This document shows positions 7,953 through 15,180 of a stretch of 22,675 nucleotides of DNA, piece after piece. How positions within the stretch are numbered: position 1 is the stretch's first letter; the number at the start of each line of letters is the position of its first letter. The notes beneath the pieces are model-generated. The model was not told the origin of the DNA and searched no databases. It saw only the letters and a list, made by a program, of their open reading frames with translations. The position numbers and the translations under genes are program-made. Origin of the DNA: Acidobacteriota bacterium (GTDB lineage Bacteria; Acidobacteriota; Polarisedimenticolia; Gp22-AA2); NCBI GenBank assembly GCA_016202915.1, contig JACQNT010000049.1, forward strand, positions 1 to 22,675, given 5' to 3'.

Positions 7953-9537
7953 CGAAGGCCACCGAAGTCAAGGGATACTGGTCCTCTCCGCAATGGATCG
8001 CCGCGGCGAATCGCCCGCCCAGGTAGGCCCGTCCCAGGGCGCGGCGCAGGTCGTCGAGACCGCCGACCTGCACGACCCCGGGCAGCTTCTTGTAATCGAC
8101 AAGATCGATCCAGGTATCGGGCCAGTCCTGCGCCGGCAGTACGCTCGTGAGGCGGCAGCCGTCCGACAGCCCGTACTTGCGGGCCACGCTGAATTCGTCG
8201 GTCATCCGCAGAGTCACGCCCTTCCCGCCCGGCTCCTCCTCGACGCGCACCATCAGATACCGTGCCAGGTCAAGGATCGGGTCGATGCGGGGTTCCTCCG
8301 GGCGCGCGACGGTCGTCACCGGAAGCTCCAGGACCTGGCCGGTGCGGTCCAGGGTCATGCGCAGGCTCACCCCAGGTCCGACACTGGCGACCGCCTCCTG
8401 GAGGAGGTACGTGGCGGCGGCCTCGCGGCCGTTGATGCCAAAGAGGACATCTCCCGGGTTGAACCCGGCCCCCGCTGCGGGCGATCCCGCCAGGACCGAC
8501 TCGACCACCGAGCCTGTGGCCCGCTTCACCGTGAACCGCTGGAGGGCCTCCGCATCGACCGGGCGGACCTGGACCCCCAGGAATCCCCGCTCGTAAGTGC
8601 CCCGCTGCCGCAGGCGCTCCATCACCAGACGGGCCATCTTCGAGGGGATTGAGTAGCCCTGCCCCTTGGCCTGGTGGAAGCCCATGTTGCTCACCCCCAC
8701 GACCCGTCCCAGCAGGTCCACGAGGGGCCCGCCGCTGTTGCCGCCGGTGATGGAGGCGTCGGAGTGCAGGAAGTTCTCCACCTGCTGGAGGCCGGTGCGC
8801 AGCCGCGTCATGCTGGAGATCGTCCCCCGGGTAACCGAGATGCCGAGGTCGAGTGGATTGCCGATCGCCCAGGTCTCCTCGCCGAGGCGGACTTGGTCCG
8901 AATCACCCCAGGTGAGCGGGGGAATCGAGCCCGAATCGATCTTGAGGAGCGCCAGGTCGCTGGCGCGGTCGATCCCCAGGACGCGGGCGGGGAAGCTGCG
9001 GCCGTCCTGCGTTTCGACGGTCAGCCGGGCCTGGGTTCCGAAAGGGCTGGCGACGTGGGCGTTGGTGACGATCTCGCCGTCCGGAGAGACGGCGAACCCG
9101 GATCCCGCCAGACGGCCCTCGTCGTCGAAGGATTCGAGCCTGCCCTTGTAGCCCCGCAGGCGGGTCGAACGCTCGATCACCGGGTACCTCAGCTTCGCGG
9201 CCGCCTTGACCCGGACCCGGACGACCGAGCGGGTGGCGCGGCGGACCGTCTCCTGGATCTCCCCGGCCGACAGTGTCTCGGGAGCCCGCAGGAAGCCGCC
9301 CGCGTAGCGAACCGGATCGATGGCAGGGAGCGGACTGCCGTCCTTGAGGCAGAAGCGGCTGCCGGCGCGGTTCTGCGCCCCGCAGACCGGGCAGAAGACG
9401 GAGGCCGAGTCACGGACCGGCTGCAGTTGCGCGGAGCCGGAGTCCGGTTCCTGCGCCGGCCCGATGTCCGTCGCCGGGAGCAGCAGCATCGCCGCGATCG
9501 GCGTCGCGTTGCGCCATGAGGATCGTCGGGTGTGCAT
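7927..9537 (-). CDS. HtrA/DegP-family serine endoprotease with intact catalytic triad, N-terminal 3-Cys ribbon-like motif and PDZ domain
   Basis: ATG at 9537 with a GGGAGA RBS. The longer GTG (9684) and ATG (9672) starts would overlap the divergent OPT promoter. Catalytic motifs TNAHV (His), DLALLKI (Asp) and GNSGGP (Ser) are present. CPVCG-x10-C follows the signal peptide. PDZ: GFLGVQV...GDVLFGINGR. Confidence 0.85.
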   Translation of the reverse strand: MHTRRSSWRNATPIAAMLLLPATDIGPAQEPDSGSAQLQPVRDSASVFCPVCGAQNRAGSRFCLKDGSPLPAIDPVRYAGGFLRAPETLSAGEIQETVRRATRSVVRVRVKAAAKLRYPVIERSTRLRGYKGRLESFDDEGRLAGSGFAVSPDGEIVTNAHVASPFGTQARLTVETQDGRSFPARVLGIDRASDLALLKIDSGSIPPLTWGDSDQVRLGEETWAIGNPLDLGISVTRGTISSMTRLRTGLQQVENFLHSDASITGGNSGGPLVDLLGRVVGVSNMGFHQAKGQGYSIPSKMARLVMERLRQRGTYERGFLGVQVRPVDAEALQRFTVKRATGSVVESVLAGSPAAGAGFNPGDVLFGINGREAAATYLLQEAVASVGPGVSLRMTLDRTGQVLELPVTTVARPEEPRIDPILDLARYLMVRVEEEPGGKGVTLRMTDEFSVARKYGLSDGCRLTSVLPAQDWPDTWIDLVDYKKLPGVVQVGGLDDLRRALGRAYLGGRFAAAIHCGEDQYPLTSVAFDESWAIVL

Positions 9538-9568
9538 GGGGGTCTCCCGATGGCCGAGGATGCGCCAC

Positions 9569-9598
9569 ATTCTATGGGAACCGGACGCGCGGCCGCAA
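9569..9598 (-). promoter_or_regulatory. Candidate promoter TTGCGG-18-TAGAAT for the protease operon
   Basis: Minus-strand -35 (plus 9593-9598) and -10 TAGAAT (plus 9569-9574). About 25-nt leader to the ATG at 9537. Confidence 0.4.
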
Positions 9599-9634
9599 CG
9601 CCCCGCGGCCCCACAATCGCCGGGACGCCGTCCG

Positions 9635-9663
9635 TTGACACCTCCGGGGGGCTGAGGTAAAGT
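9635..9663 (+). promoter_or_regulatory. Candidate promoter TTGACA-17-TAAAGT for the OPT transporter
   Basis: Consensus -35 TTGACA at 9635-9640 and -10 TAAAGT at 9658-9663. About 90-nt 5'UTR before GGAGAGG and the ATG at 9759. Confidence 0.5.
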
Positions 9664-9758
9664 CCCGCGCATCGCACGACGCACCCCGCACCTGGATTTC
9701 GAGCTGTCCGCACCGGCGCATGAGGATCAACAGCAGCAAGGATCGAGACTGAGGAGAG

Positions 9759-11771
9759 GTGGGCATGCGAACCGAATCGCGAGCGGGCGCGGCGACCGCG
9801 GAGAAGGCGTTCCGGCCGTTCGTCGCCGACACGGCCACGGTCAAGGAGTTCACCCCCAAGGCGGTCCTCCTGGGCGCCTTCTTCGCCGTCCTGTTCGGCG
9901 CGGCCACCGTCTACCTGGCGCTCCGGGCCGGCGTCACGGTCAGCGCCTCCATCCCGATCGCCGTCCTGGCGATCGCCGTGTTCAAGAGGATCGGCTCGAC
10001 CATCCTGGAGAACAACATCGTCCAGACGATCGGATCGGCTGGGGAGTCGGTGGCGGCCGGGGTCGTGTTCACCGTCCCGGCCTTCCTCTTCCTGGCCTCG
10101 GCCGCCGGCGGGGAGCGCTTCTTCAAGTACTGGCCGATCCTGATGCTGTCGATGGCGGGCGGATTCCTGGGCGTCCTTTTCATGGTCCCGCTCCGGCGCA
10201 GTCTCATCGTGCAGGAGCACGGCGTCCTGCCGTACCCGGAGGGGACTGCCTGCGCCGAGGTGCTGGTCGCGGGCGAGCGGGGTGGCGCCATGGCCCGGAT
10301 GGTCTTCAACGGGCTGTGGATGGCGATGATCTACAAGCTGTTCAACACCGTCCTCGGCTTCTTCAAGGAGGTTCCATCCTACGTCACGGGGAGGAGCGCC
10401 CCCCTTCCCAACGCGACCGTAAACGCCGAGATCGTCCCGGAGTACCTGGGGGTCGGATACATCATCGGGCCGCGGGTGGCGGGGATCATGGTGTCAGGGA
10501 GCATCCTGGGGTGGGTGGCCCTGACGCCGCTCCTGTCGCTGTTCGTCAGCGAGCAGCAGCTCCACGACCAGCTGCGCTCCCTGGGCTTCACGCAGGGCTG
10601 GATCGACACGCACGGGCTCAACGAGCAGTTCTACCGCGGCTACGTCCGCCTGATCGGCGCGGGGGCGGTGGCGATGGCCGGGATCATGACGCTGGCGAGG
10701 ACGCTGCCGACGATCTGGTCGGCGTTCCGCGCCAGCGTCCGGAGCCTCGGCGGCGGGACCGGAGGCGGGGTGATGGCGCGGCGCACCGAGAGGGACATCC
10801 CGATGTCGGTCGTGCTGGGCGGCTCCGCCGTGCTGGTCCTGGTGATCGCCCTGTTCATGCCGGGCCTGCCGACCCGCTTCCCGGGAAGCCTCCTGCTGGC
10901 GTTGCTCATCGTCGCCTTCGGGTTCTTCTTCGTCACCGTCTCGTCGCGCATCGTCGGCATCATCGGATCGACCAGCAACCCGATCTCCGGGATGACGATC
11001 GCCACGCTGATGGGGACCTGCATGTTCTTCATCCTGATCGGATGGGCCGGGGACGTGTACCAGACCGCCGCCCTGGTCGTGGGCGCCATCGTGTGCATCG
11101 CCGCGGCCAACGCCGGCGCCACCTCGCAGGATCTCAAGACGGGGTACATCGTCGGCGCCACCCCCTGGCTGCAGCAGATCGGCCTGGTGATCGGCGTCTT
11201 CGCGTCGGTGTTCGCCATCGGCGGCACGCTGTTCCTGATGCACCACTCGGGCTACGGGCCGATTGGATCCGACAAACTGCCGGCGCCCCAGGGGACCCTC
11301 ATGGCGACGCTCATCCAGGGGATCCTCGGCCAGAACCTCCAGTGGGGCTTCGTGTTCGTCGGGGCGGCGCTCGCCGTGATGGTGCAGGTCATGGGGATTT
11401 CCTCCCTGGCCTGGGCCGTCGGCGCCTACCTGCCGCTCTCGACCACGATGCCGATCTTCATCGGGGGGATGATGCGGCTCATCGCCGAGAGGGTGGGCGG
11501 CAAGAGGGAGGAGTCGGAGGTCTCATCCGGGATGCTCTACAGCACCGGCCTGGTCGCGGGAGGATCGATCGGCGGCGTCCTGATCGCGGCCCTGTCGGCC
11601 GCCCCCTGGGGCGAGGGGAATCTCCTGGAGGTCGTCAACATCGGCCACCGCTGGCGCATCGTGGCGATGCAGGGGGTGGCCGCCGACCTGATCGCCCTCG
11701 CCGTCTTCGGGTTCCTGTGCCTCCTCCTCCTGCGGGCCGCGAGGAAGAAGATCGAGGGGATGGAGGCCTGA
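9759..11771 (+). CDS. OPT-family oligopeptide transporter
   Basis: 670 aa with many TM helices. The N-terminal region FTPKAVLLGAFFAVLFGAATVYLALRAGVTVSASIPIAVLAIAVFKR is characteristic of bacterial OPT-family permeases. Strong RBS. Confidence 0.9.
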   Translation: MGMRTESRAGAATAEKAFRPFVADTATVKEFTPKAVLLGAFFAVLFGAATVYLALRAGVTVSASIPIAVLAIAVFKRIGSTILENNIVQTIGSAGESVAAGVVFTVPAFLFLASAAGGERFFKYWPILMLSMAGGFLGVLFMVPLRRSLIVQEHGVLPYPEGTACAEVLVAGERGGAMARMVFNGLWMAMIYKLFNTVLGFFKEVPSYVTGRSAPLPNATVNAEIVPEYLGVGYIIGPRVAGIMVSGSILGWVALTPLLSLFVSEQQLHDQLRSLGFTQGWIDTHGLNEQFYRGYVRLIGAGAVAMAGIMTLARTLPTIWSAFRASVRSLGGGTGGGVMARRTERDIPMSVVLGGSAVLVLVIALFMPGLPTRFPGSLLLALLIVAFGFFFVTVSSRIVGIIGSTSNPISGMTIATLMGTCMFFILIGWAGDVYQTAALVVGAIVCIAAANAGATSQDLKTGYIVGATPWLQQIGLVIGVFASVFAIGGTLFLMHHSGYGPIGSDKLPAPQGTLMATLIQGILGQNLQWGFVFVGAALAVMVQVMGISSLAWAVGAYLPLSTTMPIFIGGMMRLIAERVGGKREESEVSSGMLYSTGLVAGGSIGGVLIAALSAAPWGEGNLLEVVNIGHRWRIVAMQGVAADLIALAVFGFLCLLLLRAARKKIEGMEA

Positions 11772-11811
11772 CCCGGATCGCGCCCCCCGAGGCGCCTCCC
11801 TGCCTCACGAC

Positions 11812-13194
11812 GTGACCACGCTCCGCCGCGAGCTGCGGCTGTGGGACCTGGTCCTCCTGAACGTGGTCGCCATCACCGGCTTGAGGTGGTGGCTGACCTC
11901 GGCGGGAGGATACGGCTACGCCGCGCTGCCGCTGTGGGGGCTGGCGTTCCTGTGCTTCTTCGTCCCCTCCGGCCTCGCCGTCATCGACCTGACCACCCGC
12001 TACCCCGAGGAGGGGGGCATCTACGCCTGGACCAAGCGCGCCTTCGGCGACGGCCACGGGTTCATCTCCGGCTGGTGCCTGTGGACCAACAACCTGATCT
12101 ACTTCCCCCACTTATTGATCTTCACCGTCGGGAACTTCATCTTCATGCTCGGGCCGGAGCGGGCCAATCTGGAGGACAGCCCCCTGGTCATGATGGCGGC
12201 GTCGCTGCTCCTTTTCTGGATCGCCGTCTGGATGAACGTGCGGGGGCTGCGCTACGGCCGCTGGCTGAACAACCTCGGGGCGTTCGGCACCTGGGTCCCG
12301 GCGACGCTGCTCACCCTCCTGGGGGCCTGGGCGGTCGCGCGCTACGGGGCGGCCACGCCGTTCGCGGCGTCCGGCCTGGTCCCGGTGTTCAGCCTGGGGA
12401 CCGTGGCGTTCTTCGCGCAGATCTGCTTCGGCTACTCGGGCCTCGAGCTCGGATCGATGATGGGAGAGGAGATCGTCGAGCCGCGGAAGAACGTGCCCCG
12501 CGCCATCCTGATCGCCGGCGCGATCATCACCTTGATCTACATGCTCGGGACCGCGGCCCTGCTGTTCGCGCTGCCCCAGAGCGAGATCGGGATCCTGAGC
12601 GGCGTCGGCGTCGCCATCGCGGCGGTCCAGGAGAAGATGGGGCTCGGGTTCCTGGCGGGGATCTCGGCGCTGCTGATCGCCCTCGGGGGGATGGGGGGCG
12701 TCAGCGCCTGGCTGGCCGGATCGTCCCGGATCCCGTACGTCGCGGGGATCGATCGCTACCTGCCTGCGTCATTCGGCAGCGTCCACCCGCGCCGCGGATC
12801 GCCGCACGTCGCCCTGCTCGTCACCGGGGGCGTGTCGAGCCTGCTGATCGTGATGAGCTTCGCGGGGGCCGGCGTCAGGGAAGCCTACCTGCTCCTCGCC
12901 GACTTCACCATCGTCGTCTACTTCATCCCCTACCTCTACCTCTTCGCCGCCCTCATCCGGCTGGGCGTCCCCGGGACCGTCACGCCGGGCGTCATCCCCG
13001 TCCCGGGCGGGCGGCCCGCCACCATCCTGGTCGGCGCCGTGGGCTTCCTGACCACCGCCACGGCGATCCTCTTCGCCTTCAGCCCCCCCGAGGGGACCAA
13101 CCGCTGGGTCTTCGTCGGGAAGATCCTGGGCGGCTGCGTCCTCCTCCTGGTCCTGGGGTGGCTCCTCTACAGGCGCGGCCGCCGCGCGGCCTGA
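11812..13194 (+). CDS. APC-superfamily amino-acid permease
   Basis: 460 aa, about 12 TM segments. N-terminus LRRELRLWDLVLLNVVAITG is typical of the APC family. GTG start 40 nt after the OPT stop with no clear SD, so it is probably co-transcribed. Confidence 0.8.
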   Translation: MTTLRRELRLWDLVLLNVVAITGLRWWLTSAGGYGYAALPLWGLAFLCFFVPSGLAVIDLTTRYPEEGGIYAWTKRAFGDGHGFISGWCLWTNNLIYFPHLLIFTVGNFIFMLGPERANLEDSPLVMMAASLLLFWIAVWMNVRGLRYGRWLNNLGAFGTWVPATLLTLLGAWAVARYGAATPFAASGLVPVFSLGTVAFFAQICFGYSGLELGSMMGEEIVEPRKNVPRAILIAGAIITLIYMLGTAALLFALPQSEIGILSGVGVAIAAVQEKMGLGFLAGISALLIALGGMGGVSAWLAGSSRIPYVAGIDRYLPASFGSVHPRRGSPHVALLVTGGVSSLLIVMSFAGAGVREAYLLLADFTIVVYFIPYLYLFAALIRLGVPGTVTPGVIPVPGGRPATILVGAVGFLTTATAILFAFSPPEGTNRWVFVGKILGGCVLLLVLGWLLYRRGRRAA

Positions 13195-13201
13195 ACGGGG
13201 G

Positions 13202-13231
13202 TTGGACCCCGGCGCGCCGCGCCGGTATACT
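13202..13231 (+). promoter_or_regulatory. Candidate promoter TTGGAC-18-TATACT
   Basis: -35 at 13202-13207 and -10 at 13226-13231. GGAGG RBS at 13254-13258 precedes the ATG at 13264. Confidence 0.45.
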
Positions 13232-13263
13232 CCGCGGCATCACCAACCAAAAGCGGAGGAACC

Positions 13264-13731
13264 ATGATGCAGATGTCCAAGCCCCAGGAAGAGCACCGCA
13301 AGCTGCAGGGCTTGGCCGGCACCTGGACCGGCGAGGAGAAGATCCACCCCTCCCCCTGGGACCCGAAGGGGGGCGCCGCCACCGGCCGCATCCAGTCCCG
13401 CATCGACCTGGACGGATTCTTCCTCATCTCCGACTACGTCGAAGAACGGGGCGGCCAGACGAGCTACAGGGGACACGGCGTCTTCGGGTACGACACGAAC
13501 GAGCGCTGCTACACGATGCACTGGTTCGACTCGATGGGATCCCCCTGCCAGTCAGCCGCCCGCGGCAAGTGGGAGGGGAACGTCCTGAGGTTCGAGAACA
13601 AGCACCCCATGGGACACAGCCGCTACGTCTACACCTTCGAGGGGGAGGGCCGCTACGCCTTCAAGATCGAGAATTCGCAGGACGGCAAGCAGTGGGCGAC
13701 CTTCATGGAAGGAAAGTACACGCGCCGGTAG
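13264..13731 (+). CDS. DUF1579-family protein
   Basis: 155 aa. The N-terminal motif EHRKLQGLAGTWTGEE resembles the H-x-x-L-x-x-L-x-G-x-W-x-G hallmark of DUF1579. Good RBS and coding-type codon usage. Confidence 0.7.
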   Translation: MMQMSKPQEEHRKLQGLAGTWTGEEKIHPSPWDPKGGAATGRIQSRIDLDGFFLISDYVEERGGQTSYRGHGVFGYDTNERCYTMHWFDSMGSPCQSAARGKWEGNVLRFENKHPMGHSRYVYTFEGEGRYAFKIENSQDGKQWATFMEGKYTRR

Positions 13732-13788
13732 CGGCCCGGGCGCCGATGGGTGCAGGCGCTCATGGAGCGCTCCGCGCGCGGGGCGCGG

Positions 13789-14073
13789 TCAGCGATCGGA
13801 GTGCCCCAGGTCCCTCCCCGGAGCGACCCGGTCGCGCACGATCTGCTTCAGCTCCTTGAGTTCGGGGAAACGCCCCCTCTCCTGGCGCGACCAGACCACG
13901 TCGCCGTCCAGGCGCACCTCGAACACGCCCCCGGTCCCCGGGACCAGCACCACTTCCCCCAGTTCCGCCTCGAAGGTGGTCAGCAGCTCCTGCGCCGTCC
14001 AGGCGGCGCGGAGGAGCCAGCGACACTGCGTGCAGTAGCGGATCTCCAGCCGCGGGCGGCGGGCCGCCGTCAT
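13789..14073 (-). CDS. Rdx-family (SelW/SelT-like) redox protein, Cys-containing CxxC form
   Basis: 94 aa: RLEIRYCTQCRWLLRAAW...VVLVPGTGGVFEV...GRFPELKELKQIVRD matches the Rdx fold signature. CTQC is not a Sec-containing motif (no in-frame TGA). ATGA overlap with the upstream gene. Confidence 0.8.
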   Translation of the reverse strand: MTAARRPRLEIRYCTQCRWLLRAAWTAQELLTTFEAELGEVVLVPGTGGVFEVRLDGDVVWSRQERGRFPELKELKQIVRDRVAPGRDLGHSDR

Positions 14074-14621
14074 TCCGACGGTTTCATCGTGGCGTGCTCG
14101 TGGAGGATCTTCCAGTCCTCGGCCGTCTTCTCCAGGACCAGCGACAGCGCCCCCTGGATCTGGGTGCTCCCCTGGGCGGTGGCGATGGTCATCGTGTAGG
14201 GCGCGACGGCCAGAGCGTGGTCCGTCCCGAGCGGGGTGACGTCGGGAGAGCCGAGGGACATCTTGAAGCCGCGCTCCTCGCCCCTCATCCTGCCGGCGCT
14301 GGCCCGGATCGCCTCCCAGCCGCGGGTGATCTCCCCGCTGTCGATCGACGCGACGCCCGGCTTCCTGCTGAAGAGATCCATGAGGGCCGCCGCGTTGGCC
14401 TTGTTGACCGCGTCGGTGTAGGCGCGCAGCAGCCTCTGCACTCCCTCCCGCGGTGCCGCGGTGGCCGGGGCAGACGGGGCAGACGAGGCAGACGGGGCGG
14501 CTGGGGTTGAAGCGTGTTCCTTGGGGGACGGGGAGGGCGGGTTGGGCGCATCCTCACGGGCGATCGCGTCCGGCCCGCCGAGCAGACAAGCGAGCGCGAC
14601 CAGAATCGGCAAGCGTGACAT
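14070..14621 (-). CDS. Secreted NTF2-like (SnoaL/DUF4440-like) protein with Pro/Ser/Ala-rich linker
   Basis: ATG at 14621 with a GGGGAGG RBS. Signal peptide MSRLPILVALACLLGG. PSAPSAPATAAP linker, then an NTF2-like core (LLRAYTDAVNKANAAALMDLF...ITRGWEAIRA). Confidence 0.65.
   Translation of the reverse strand: MSRLPILVALACLLGGPDAIAREDAPNPPSPSPKEHASTPAAPSASSAPSAPATAAPREGVQRLLRAYTDAVNKANAAALMDLFSRKPGVASIDSGEITRGWEAIRASAGRMRGEERGFKMSLGSPDVTPLGTDHALAVAPYTMTIATAQGSTQIQGALSLVLEKTAEDWKILHEHATMKPSE
14470..14496. repeat. Three tandem 9-nt units (GCAGACGRG) encoding the PSAPSAP linker
   Basis: gcagacggg gcagacgag gcagacggg, read directly. Confidence 0.6.
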
Positions 14622-14672
14622 CTTCGTGTCCTCCCCTAACCGGCGATTTGTCTGTGCGGCGTCCTTGCCAGG

Positions 14673-14731
14673 AATATACGCCACCATCCCGCCGGCGGCA
14701 AGTCGGGGGGCCCCTGAGGTATCCCCAGTTT
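14673..14731 (-). promoter_or_regulatory. Promoter TTGCCG-17-TATATT plus conserved upstream 21-nt motif (AAACTGGGGATACCTCAGGGG)
   Basis: Minus-strand -10 (plus 14673-14678) and -35 (plus 14696-14701). The motif lies at plus 14711-14731, 9 nt upstream of the -35. The same motif and spacing recur at 22499-22519. Confidence 0.45.
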
Positions 14732-15180
14732 GAGGCGCCGACCCTGCGCCCGCCGGACACGGGTCCGCGTCGCTGCGCGACGCTCCCCTCGCCTCGCGCC
14801 GCCCGCCGCGCCGCACCCCGCGCGTCGGGTCCCCGGCGCTCGGTCTCGCACGGTCCATCGGGCGCAGGGCACGGCGCCTCACTCTGCGGCTCCGTCACCA
14901 GGTTCAGGCCAGCACATCTGCCCCGCCGTCAGCCAGGCGGGCGTCCGCCGCTGGTCCGGACATGAAGGGGAGATCTGATAGAGGCCCGACTTGGAGCGCA
15001 GGCCCCGCCGCGTTGCGAGGCCCTGCGGAAGTGAGCGGGGGCGCCGCGCAAGGCGCGCTTGGCGTGCGCGCAGCGGTGCGGGTCGCGAACGGAGCGGAGC
15101 CGAGCGGCGAGAGCCGCGGAGGCGTGCCTCGCGGCGCGGCGGGGCCTGCGCCCCAAAGTGGTGATATCTGGGTGGGCGCC

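Noticed and set aside
7927-9684. Longer GTG (9684) or ATG (9672) start for the active HtrA-like protease.
   Set aside because: It would add a 50-aa Arg/Gly-rich extension and run through the divergent OPT promoter (TTGACA-17-TAAAGT at 9635-9663). The ATG at 9537 has a GGGAGA RBS and begins directly with the signal sequence.
15125-15145. Short hairpin GGGGC-ctgc-GCCCC downstream of the LolA-like stop, considered as a terminator.
   Set aside because: Only a 5-bp stem and no following U-tract on either strand. Not a convincing intrinsic terminator.
14741-15180. Looked for tRNA T-loop/acceptor features (GTTCGAATC-like) and tmRNA/RNase P hallmarks in the large intergenic gap.
   Set aside because: No T-loop consensus or cloverleaf-compatible pairing was found by eye. 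The gap is left as unexplained non-coding, not as an RNA gene.
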